64,000 nt of DNA from Escherichia phage outra, in the sequence record MN850645.1. One strand, 5' to 3'. The notes below the pieces were generated by a model. It saw nothing but the letters and a program-made list of their open reading frames with translations, did no database searches and was not told the origin of the DNA. Below are positions 18,871 to 24,332 of this stretch, piece after piece (the stretch's first letter is position 1; each line of letters opens with the position of its first letter). A program made the position numbers and the translations under genes.

Positions 18871-18941
18871 ATAAAAACTTCGTGATAAGATTAAGGTAAG
18901 GAGAGCCTGCAACTGCCCTGGATGGGCTTCACGAAGGATTT

Positions 18942-19163
18942 ATGAAACAACATAATTTTTATTTTCGTTGCCGAGCCTGTAACAGACACTTGACTAATCA
19001 CTCCCGTAGAGACAGGAATGGTAATATTCAAGAGTCGGATCTATGCTCGATTTGTACAAGTTTGGCATTCGACGACAGTCCCGAAAGGGTTTATCAACAT
19101 CAAAGTGTAACTGATCTTCTTCTAAATTACACAGCACCAGAGGAGGAATTAGATTTCACATAA
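18942..19163 (+). CDS. small zinc-ribbon-like protein (73 aa)
   Basis: CRACN...CSIC paired Cys motifs. Confidence 0.35.
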   Translation: MKQHNFYFRCRACNRHLTNHSRRDRNGNIQESDLCSICTSLAFDDSPERVYQHQSVTDLLLNYTAPEEELDFT

Positions 19164-19283
19164 TTAAGGAAACAGTATGTCTACAGAAATTATTTTTGGC
19201 TTATCTGTTTTTATTGCTATTGTATCTTTTGTATGCGGTTATACACTAGGTTACAGATCAAGAAAAAATATTGTAAAAACTAG

Positions 19284-19313
19284 TTGACAACATAGCTAGT
19301 TATTTGCTAAGAT
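19284..19313 (+). promoter_or_regulatory. sigma70-like promoter (TTGACA-N18-TAAGAT)
   Basis: Upstream of ORF 19344 and the tRNA array. Confidence 0.45.
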
Positions 19314-19343
19314 AGGCACAAGTTAAACAAAAAGGAGAAAACT

Positions 19344-19610
19344 ATGACAGAACGTACTTATGGTAAAGAATTGATTGAGAAGCACGTATTGATTGATAAT
19401 AAAGGTGGAGCAATCTTTATTTTTGAACCTGAATCAGTTCTTACTGAAAACGAAAATGGTAGCGTTAGCCTTAAAACAGAAAGTTTGGTAATTGACTTCC
19501 TTGCTCTTCTGGATGAAATGGGGCTTCCTCACGAAGAAGAAGCAGCTATTGCTTTGATTGCAGTTCTTCTGGAGAAACGCGAAGCTGGTGAAATGACCCA
19601 GTATGCCTAA
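19344..19610 (+). CDS. hypothetical protein (88 aa)
   Basis: ORF track; RBS AAGGAG. Confidence 0.45.
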   Translation: MTERTYGKELIEKHVLIDNKGGAIFIFEPESVLTENENGSVSLKTESLVIDFLALLDEMGLPHEEEAAIALIAVLLEKREAGEMTQYA

Positions 19611-19617
19611 TACTCAA

Positions 19618-19693
19618 GGTTCCATAGCTCACTGACGAGAGCGCACACCTCATAAGTGTCGAGGGCAGGGATTGTAACCCTGGGGAACCACCA
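19618..19693 (+). tRNA. tRNA, anticodon CAT (Met or Ile-lysidine)
   Basis: Hand-folded cloverleaf: acceptor GGTTCCA, D-loop with GG, anticodon loop CTCATAA, encoded CCA; coordinates +/- 2. Confidence 0.6.
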
Positions 19694-19724
19694 TTTAAAA
19701 GGAGGTGCTATGCATCTCCTATAT

Positions 19725-19810
19725 GCAAGTGTGGTGGAATTGGTGATACACATTGTGCTTAAAACGCAACGCTTAAATGATTGAGGGTTCGAATCCCTCC
19801 ACTTGCACCA
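19725..19810 (+). tRNA. tRNA-Leu (TAA), type II
   Basis: Acceptor GCAAGTG/CACTTGC, anticodon loop CTTAAAA, long variable arm, T-arm GAGGGTTCGAATCCCTC, CCA. Confidence 0.65.
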
Positions 19811-19812
19811 AC

Positions 19813-19921
19813 GCCTAGTAGGGTATTTGGTAATTCCGAGGCCATCAAAGCCTGAAAAATATGTTAGACCGCTTTGTCTAACTAAATACGAAATATGGTT
19901 CGATTCCATAACTAGGCTCCC
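19813..19921 (+). ncRNA. atypical ~105-nt tRNA-like element (possible anticodon UCA); may be a pseudo-tRNA
   Basis: Perfect 7-bp acceptor pairing GCCTAGT/ACTAGGC and canonical T-arm TATGGTTCGATTCCATA, but oversized internal region with extra 6-bp hairpin; putative anticodon loop CATCAAA is non-canonical (A at position 33). Confidence 0.3.
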
Positions 19922-19953
19922 AATTTAAATAGTAATTTTTTAATAAAAATATC

Positions 19954-19982
19954 TTGACATTTACTTAGTTTTTTGTTATAGT
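19954..19982 (+). promoter_or_regulatory. sigma70-like promoter (TTGACA-N17-TATAGT)
   Basis: Near-consensus hexamers ~12 nt upstream of next tRNA-like gene. Confidence 0.5.
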
Positions 19983-19993
19983 CATTATGAAAA

Positions 19994-20075
19994 CGGGGTG
20001 TATCTCACCTGACTTCTAATCAGGCGTTAACCGAGTAATTGGAGTATGCAGGTTCGAATCCTGTCACCCCGGCCA
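19994..20075 (+). tRNA. tRNA-like gene, possible Arg (TCT); structure atypical
   Basis: 7-bp acceptor CGGGGTG/CACCCCG, T-arm GCAGGTTCGAATCCTGT, CCA, and clean anticodon arm CCTGA-CTTCTAA-TCAGG; D-arm spacing could not be folded canonically by hand. Confidence 0.35.
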
Positions 20076-20093
20076 AAAAGTTTTAAAAACTAC

Positions 20094-20122
20094 TTGACAA
20101 GCAAGATAGTTTTATGTTAGAT
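20094..20122 (+). promoter_or_regulatory. sigma70-like promoter (TTGACA-N17-TTAGAT)
   Basis: Upstream of tRNA-Ser. Confidence 0.4.
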
Positions 20123-20138
20123 TTAAAGTATGGTAACT

Positions 20139-20228
20139 GGAAGGTAGGGCGCAGCGGTGCGCAACCAGGTTTGAACCCTGGCCCATTGTAGCGATACGGT
20201 GATGGTTCGACTCCATTATCTTCCTCCA
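20139..20228 (+). tRNA. tRNA-Ser (TGA), type II
   Basis: Acceptor GGAAGGT/ATCTTCC, anticodon arm CCAGG-TTTGAAC-CCTGG, long variable arm, T-arm GATGGTTCGACTCCATT, CCA; 3' end anchored to track ORF 20199. Confidence 0.7.
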
Positions 20229-20246
20229 AATTCTCTTAGGAGCTTT

Positions 20247-20399
20247 ATGAATTATAAAACTATTGGACAGGTTGTTACCGGAGTTAAGATTGTAAATAAT
20301 AAAGTTGTTTATGAGTATTCTAATCTTCAACAATCTGAAGATGGTAAGAATATTCGTATGGTAAAAGCAGAACAAAAAGATTCCGGTTGTTTTGAATAA
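20247..20399 (+). CDS. hypothetical small protein (50 aa)
   Basis: Track ORF 20199..20399 starts inside tRNA-Ser; internal ATG at 20247 with RBS TAGGAG is the more plausible start. Confidence 0.3.
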   Translation: MNYKTIGQVVTGVKIVNNKVVYEYSNLQQSEDGKNIRMVKAEQKDSGCFE

Positions 20400-20407
20400 T
20401 TAAGAAC

Positions 20408-20493
20408 GGTAGATTGGTGAAATGGTAGCCACAACAGTTTGCTAAACTGTCGTCGGAAACGGCGTGTAGGTTCAAGTCCTACATCTACCGCCA
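20408..20493 (+). tRNA. tRNA-Ser (GCT), type II
   Basis: Acceptor GGTAGAT/ATCTACC, anticodon arm ACAGT-TTGCTAA-ACTGT, T-arm GTAGGTTCAAGTCCTAC, CCA. Confidence 0.65.
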
Positions 20494-20664
20494 AGTTATC
20501 TTTAATGTAGCTTGTTGCTCTTAGTTGCTTGGTGTAACTTTTTGGAAGGATGGCTGCAACCATCTTACTTTAATAGAGTAAACTTTCGGCAGATGGCCCC
20601 CCACCATCTTACCGATACCTCATAGTTAGTGGTGCGAACACTGGCTATTTTAAAGATAATTTAT

Positions 20665-20740
20665 ACATCGTTAGCTTAGTTGGTAGAGCAAGGGGCTTTT
20701 AACTCCAAGGTCGAAGGTTCGAATCCTTCACGATGTACCA
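20665..20740 (+). tRNA. tRNA-Lys (TTT)
   Basis: Acceptor ACATCGT/ACGATGT, D-loop AGTTGGTAG, anticodon loop CTTTTAA, T-arm GAAGGTTCGAATCCTTC, CCA. Confidence 0.65.
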
Positions 20741-20745
20741 AACAC

Positions 20746-20832
20746 GTAGGTATCGCATAGCGGCAATTGCTGGAGACTGTAAATCTCCTGCCCTTCGGGG
20801 CTTCGTTGGTTCGAGTCCAACTACCTGCACCA
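20746..20832 (+). tRNA. tRNA-Tyr (GTA), type II
   Basis: Anticodon arm GGAGA-CTGTAAA-TCTCC, long variable arm, T-arm GTTGGTTCGAGTCCAAC, CCA. Confidence 0.65.
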
Positions 20833-20839
20833 AATTAAA

Positions 20840-20924
20840 GATGGATTGGCCTAGTGGTTGGGCGACGGACTGTTAATCCGTGAACGAAAGTTCTAGCAAG
20901 GTTCAAATCCTTGATCCATCGCCA
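20840..20924 (+). tRNA. tRNA with anticodon GTT (Asn-like) and an unusually long variable arm
   Basis: Acceptor GATGGAT/ATCCATC, anticodon arm ACGGA-CTGTTAA-TCCGT, variable hairpin GAACGAAAGTTC, T-arm CAAGGTTCAAATCCTTG, CCA. Confidence 0.5.
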
Positions 20925-21003
20925 AATAGTGCTTGTAGAGTTAATAGAAACCTCTAGAATTTTCTAGAATTGTAGGTATCAAATCCTACCAAGCAAATAT
21001 TTT

Positions 21004-21078
21004 GCTCCTATCGTATAACGGCTATTACGGTTGCCTTGTAAGCAACTTATCAGGGTTCGAGTCCTTGTGGGAGCACCA
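21004..21078 (+). tRNA. tRNA-Thr (TGT)
   Basis: Acceptor GCTCCTA/TGGGAGC, anticodon arm GTTGC-CTTGTAA-GCAAC, T-arm CAGGGTTCGAGTCCTTG, CCA. Confidence 0.65.
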
Positions 21079-21095
21079 ATTTTAACTCTAAAGGA

Positions 21096-21425
21096 GTGTA
21101 TGTGACAGAAAAAGAGTTAGAGAAATATTTTAATATCAATGTTTTCGATGGTTTTGATGATATCGAAGATGTTGAAAGATATTATGAAGTAGAGTTAGAT
21201 AAGGATAACATTGTAATTCTTTCTGCCACTTATGATTGTGCATATTATGAAGGTGAATCTCACGTTTATTTTTATGATATGAAAACATCTTTGTTTTATG
21301 AAGTACACGCATATCATTGTTCTTGTTATGGCTTAGAAGGTCAGTGGGAACCTGAAGAAATAGGTGATTTGGACTTTACTATTGCATATCTAAACAGACG
21401 TGGTGCATCTAATATTTTAAAATAA
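21096..21425 (+). CDS. hypothetical protein (109 aa)
   Basis: ORF track; GTG start adjacent to AAGGAG; HCSCYG Cys/His segment. Confidence 0.45.
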   Translation: MYVTEKELEKYFNINVFDGFDDIEDVERYYEVELDKDNIVILSATYDCAYYEGESHVYFYDMKTSLFYEVHAYHCSCYGLEGQWEPEEIGDLDFTIAYLNRRGASNILK

Positions 21426-21439
21426 ATATCAAAAGCCTC

Positions 21440-21469
21440 TTGACAAAGAGGCTAATAATATGTTAGAGT
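21440..21469 (+). promoter_or_regulatory. sigma70-like promoter inside an 8-bp inverted repeat (AGCCTCTTGACAAAGAGGCT)
   Basis: TTGACA lies in the loop of a perfect palindrome; -10-like TAGAGT about 18 nt downstream; upstream of tRNA-Gly. Confidence 0.45.
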
Positions 21470-21480
21470 AATATTGTTAA

Positions 21481-21555
21481 GCGGGTATAGTGTTAATGGT
21501 AGCATATGAGGTTTCCACCCTCCAGGTGCAGGTTCAAGTCCTGTTACTCGCTCCA
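21481..21555 (+). tRNA. tRNA-Gly (TCC)
   Basis: Acceptor GCGGGTA/TACTCGC, anticodon loop TTTCCAC, T-arm GCAGGTTCAAGTCCTGT, CCA. Confidence 0.6.
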
Positions 21556-21655
21556 AGATTATTTAAATGGAATCGCTAGAGAAAATTTCTCTTTTCGCTC
21601 ATGGTTTTCTCCTTCAAACTCTAGCGGTTCTTTTTAAGTGATTTTTTAGTTTTAT

Positions 21656-21730
21656 TGGAGATTAGCCTAGTGGGAAGGCAACGGCCTTTGAAGTCGTGAT
21701 GACTAGGTTCGATTCCTAGATCTCCAGCCA
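21656..21730 (+). tRNA. tRNA-Gln (TTG)
   Basis: Acceptor TGGAGAT/ATCTCCA, anticodon loop CTTTGAA, T-arm CTAGGTTCGATTCCTAG, CCA. Confidence 0.65.
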
Positions 21731-21737
21731 ATATTTA

Positions 21738-21813
21738 CAGTGCGTAGCGCAGTTGGTAGCGTGGGAGCTTTGGATGCTTCGGGTCGCAGGTTCGAGTCCT
21801 GCCGCACTGACCA
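21738..21813 (+). tRNA. tRNA-Pro (TGG)
   Basis: Acceptor CAGTGCG/CGCACTG, D-loop AGTTGGTA, anticodon loop TTTGGAT, T-arm GCAGGTTCGAGTCCTGC, CCA. Confidence 0.65.
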
Positions 21814-21818
21814 AATTT

Positions 21819-21893
21819 GCAGAGATAGCTGAGACGGATTAGTGCTACCCTGAAAAGGTAGAAAGGATGGATCGTTACCATCTCTCTGCACCA
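21819..21893 (+). tRNA. tRNA-Phe (GAA), non-canonical T-loop
   Basis: Acceptor GCAGAGA/TCTCTGC, anticodon arm CTACC-CTGAAAA-GGTAG, T-arm GATGG-ATCGTTA-CCATC, CCA. Confidence 0.55.
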
Positions 21894-21970
21894 AATAACA
21901 CCATCCAAGGAGTAGACTTGGTTAACTGTCAATAGCACATTGAGGCTTCTTACAGTGGTGTATTTATTAT

Positions 21971-22055
21971 GGCTAAGTGGTGGAATGGTATACACGATAC
22001 GCTTAGAACGTATTGCCCCAAGGGATTGTGAGTTCGAGTCTCACCTTAGCTACCA
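21971..22055 (+). tRNA. tRNA-Leu (TAG), type II
   Basis: Anticodon arm ATACG-CTTAGAA-CGTAT, long variable arm, T-arm GTGAGTTCGAGTCTCAC, CCA. Confidence 0.65.
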
Positions 22056-22143
22056 TATCTAAGAGATATCATAGGGTTTGCAACGGATATCTACCGTCCT
22101 GTTAAGGATACCACGCCAAGACGGGTTATAAAGGGTTAGCCAT

Positions 22144-22219
22144 TGATAGTGTGAAGCTGGCGTTTCGAGTGCTTTCATAAGGCATTGCGAGAAGAGTTCG
22201 ATTCTCTTACTATCAACCA
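22144..22219 (+). tRNA. tRNA, anticodon CAT (Met/Ile2 class)
   Basis: Acceptor TGATAGT/ACTATCA, anticodon loop TTCATAA, T-arm AAGAGTTCGATTCTCTT, CCA. Confidence 0.55.
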
Positions 22220-22234
22220 AATTACTACAGATTG

Positions 22235-22313
22235 CGCGGGATAGAGGAGTCTGGTCGTCCTCGCCAGTTTCATATGCTGGAGATCATCGGTTCGAATCCG
22301 ATTCCCGCCTCCA
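22235..22313 (+). tRNA. tRNA, anticodon CAT; unpaired 1:72 position (initiator-like feature)
   Basis: 5' CGCGGGA vs 3' TCCCGCC leaves a C:C mismatch at 1:72; anticodon arm CCAGT-TTCATAT-GCTGG; T-arm ATCGGTTCGAATCCGAT, CCA. Confidence 0.5.
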
Positions 22314-22371
22314 TTAAATACCTCCCTTCTGGTGTAATGATTAAATTGCATTGACACTTCAAGGAACTCAT

Positions 22372-22454
22372 AGCCGGGTAGATTTAAAAGAGTATGGTAC
22401 TCAATATGGCTCCAAACCATAGATCAAGGGGTTCGATTCCTCACCTTGCTGCCA
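22372..22454 (+). tRNA. tRNA-Trp (CCA) candidate; boundaries uncertain
   Basis: Clean anticodon arm TATGG-CTCCAAA-CCATA and T-loop GGGGTTCGATTCC with CCA end, but acceptor pairing is imperfect by hand. Confidence 0.35.
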
Positions 22455-22459
22455 ATTAT

Positions 22460-22535
22460 TGTGGTATCGTACAGATGGTTAGTACACTCGACCGATAATC
22501 GAGAAACAACGGTTCGATTCCGTTTACCACGACCA
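22460..22535 (+). tRNA. tRNA-Ile (GAT)
   Basis: Acceptor TGTGGTA/TACCACG, anticodon arm CTCGA-CCGATAA-TCGAG, T-arm AACGGTTCGATTCCGTT, CCA. Confidence 0.65.
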
Positions 22536-22646
22536 AACTCCGTGCCAGCGGTGTCTTCGAAGAACAAGCCTAGTTCCTTCTGAGATGGAGGGGTGCGACT
22601 CCTTAACGCACAACATACTACTACTAAATACTTATCAGGAGATATC

Positions 22647-22916
22647 ATGTATACTTTAAAAGTAATTCGCAAGTTTCCTCAAGAAGAGGAAGTAAGAATT
22701 TATAACACTGTACCATTCGTAGTAAATGAAGAAGAATTCTTTTATTGCTTAGAAGATGAAGTAATTATTCAATATCATTGGGAAGGTTACGACAGACAAG
22801 ATGGTGTTGTAGCTTCTGTGCTTGCTGGTGACAGAGTGTTATTCATTCACAAAACTGAATCAGCATATCTAATGAATGATAAAGGACAAACTGTTAAAGT
22901 AATTAACAGACCATAA
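22647..22916 (+). CDS. hypothetical protein (89 aa)
   Basis: Track ORF 22593..22916 starts with GTG in tRNA-flanking sequence; ATG at 22647 has RBS AGGAG. Confidence 0.4.
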   Translation: MYTLKVIRKFPQEEEVRIYNTVPFVVNEEEFFYCLEDEVIIQYHWEGYDRQDGVVASVLAGDRVLFIHKTESAYLMNDKGQTVKVINRP

Positions 22917-22928
22917 AGAATTTTATAA

Positions 22929-22953
22929 AAGCCTCCTTTTTGGAGGTTTTTTA
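22929..22953 (+). terminator. rho-independent terminator (GCCTCC-TTTTT-GGAGG + T-tract)
   Basis: GC hairpin followed by TTTTTTATT immediately after ORF stop. Confidence 0.6.
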
Positions 22954-23022
22954 TTATCTATAAAATAAAGATCTTTACAAAACGTATAAAATATGTTATC
23001 CTTAAGTAAGGAGGTGCATATT

Positions 23023-23313
23023 ATGCCTAAATTGAAAAGAGGTCGAGGTAGACCTACAGCCGAAATGCAACAGATTTATGCTATGGATGCTGCACAGGCG
23101 CAAGTAAAAGAAATTTTTGCTGGTCGTTATTTAGATGCTATGCGTTACATTGCAGATCTTGTTGTAGATGAAAAGGCTTCTGCTAATATTAAGTTGACTG
23201 CTTCTAAGATCATCAAAGAACAAGTAGAAGAATGGCTGGAAGAACATTATGAATCTATGGAAGAAGAAGATATTCTTCCAGAAAATTCTCCCCCTCAAAA
23301 AATCGTTATCTAA
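23023..23313 (+). CDS. AT-hook-like DNA-binding protein (96 aa, putative)
   Basis: N-terminal PKLKRGRGRPT; RBS AAGGAGG at internal ATG 23023; function unknown (small terminase is one possibility). Confidence 0.35.
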   Translation: MPKLKRGRGRPTAEMQQIYAMDAAQAQVKEIFAGRYLDAMRYIADLVVDEKASANIKLTASKIIKEQVEEWLEEHYESMEEEDILPENSPPQKIVI

Positions 23314-23359
23314 TTCTCCTCTCTTGGGAACTTTGTTCCCCCTCTCCTTGTTAATTAAC

Positions 23360-23390
23360 ACCCCTTTCCGAAAGGTTAGGGGTTTTTATT
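23360..23390 (+). terminator. rho-independent terminator (ACCCCT...AGGGGT + T-tract)
   Basis: 6-bp GC stem with nested CCGAAAGG mini-hairpin, followed by TTTTTATTTAT. Confidence 0.5.
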
Positions 23391-23657
23391 TATACCTATT
23401 GCTTTTATATATGTTTTTATGATATGATTAATACAGGAGGATTATAAAATGAGAAACTATGTAGCTAAACACGATTTTAATAGGGCTTCTTATCACAGAG
23501 ATAAGAAGAACAGTTATTCGCGTAAATGGGATCTGGAGGAAGAGTTAGACTATGATTACAGAAGAACAATGGAAGGAGATTTTGGAGAATGCACAACCGA
23601 TGGTAGTGAAGAAGATAGTTAATAATTCACCAAATCTGCCTAAAGTAAAATTTAAAG

Positions 23658-24089
23658 ATGATGATACTGACTATGTTAATAAACCTACTGAAGAATAAAT
23701 GGGTTAGGTATTTTGTTCTTATTATAGCACTGTTTGGTGGTTTGTATGTTGGTTTAAACAAATTACACGATGACGTGTATGCACAAGGCTACAACGCAGG
23801 TGTTGCTAAACAAGAACAAATATTACAACAAAACCAAATTAAAGCAAAACAGCAATTCGATATCTTACAAGCAAAAGCAGATTCAGAAAGATCTAAATTG
23901 AATGAAAAAATTCATTCATTAACGAAAGAAAGAAATGATCTTCTTACACAACTGGATAAGAAGAGTAATAACATAACACAAGAGAGAATAGATTATGCGA
24001 AAACATCTTCTGGCGCTATGTCTTGTTTTAGCCCTAATGATGACGGGTTGCGCATCATCAACAACAGCTTCCCAGCCTCTACTGATTGA
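23658..24089 (+). CDS. Rz-like inner-membrane spanin (putative)
   Basis: N-terminal TM segment VRYFVLIIALFGGLYVGL followed by coiled-coil-rich periplasmic domain; overlaps the next lipoprotein ORF out of frame. Confidence 0.5.
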   Translation: MMILTMLINLLKNKWVRYFVLIIALFGGLYVGLNKLHDDVYAQGYNAGVAKQEQILQQNQIKAKQQFDILQAKADSERSKLNEKIHSLTKERNDLLTQLDKKSNNITQERIDYAKTSSGAMSCFSPNDDGLRIINNSFPASTD

Positions 24090-24324
24090 GCAGTGTAAAG
24101 CTGTAGCAACACAACAAATAAAAGCCCCTGATTCTGTCAGTATGGAAAAACCATCTACCCCTGTTTTATATACTCCTAATCAAATAAAGAAAGGAGTTAC
24201 AAGATCAGAGGTAGTTGATAATCAAACTTTAAATAACGCTTTGTGGGAAAAAGATAGGATAAAACTTATCAGTTTGCAAAACTATATTAAAACATTACAA
24301 AGCGAAGGAATAATTTCTAATTAG
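23995..24324 (+). CDS. Rz1-like outer-membrane lipoprotein spanin (putative)
   Basis: Signal peptide with lipobox LMMTGC; starts inside the Rz-like ORF in another frame. Confidence 0.55.
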   Translation: MRKHLLALCLVLALMMTGCASSTTASQPLLIEQCKAVATQQIKAPDSVSMEKPSTPVLYTPNQIKKGVTRSEVVDNQTLNNALWEKDRIKLISLQNYIKTLQSEGIISN

Positions 24325-24332
24325 GAGGAGAT

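Noticed and set aside
20545-20610. Two similar hairpins (GATGG-CTGCAA-CCATC and AGATGG-CCCCCCA-CCATCT) that looked like anticodon arms
   Set aside because: No acceptor or T-arm partners; loop sizes and sequences do not fit tRNA; probably structural or terminator-like hairpins between tRNA genes.
20926-20991. 66-nt tRNA-like stretch (acceptor-like TGCTTG/CAAGCA, T-arm-like GTAGGTATCAAATCCTAC)
   Set aside because: Too short, T-loop has 8 nt, and the middle is a perfect palindrome (TCTAGAATTTTCTAGA), not an anticodon arm; more likely a decayed tRNA remnant or hairpin.
22536-22646. Possible additional tRNA between tRNA-Ile and ORF 22647 (GGAGGGGTGCGACTCC T-arm-like hairpin)
   Set aside because: No complementary acceptor stem or anticodon arm could be found; T-loop non-canonical; left unannotated.
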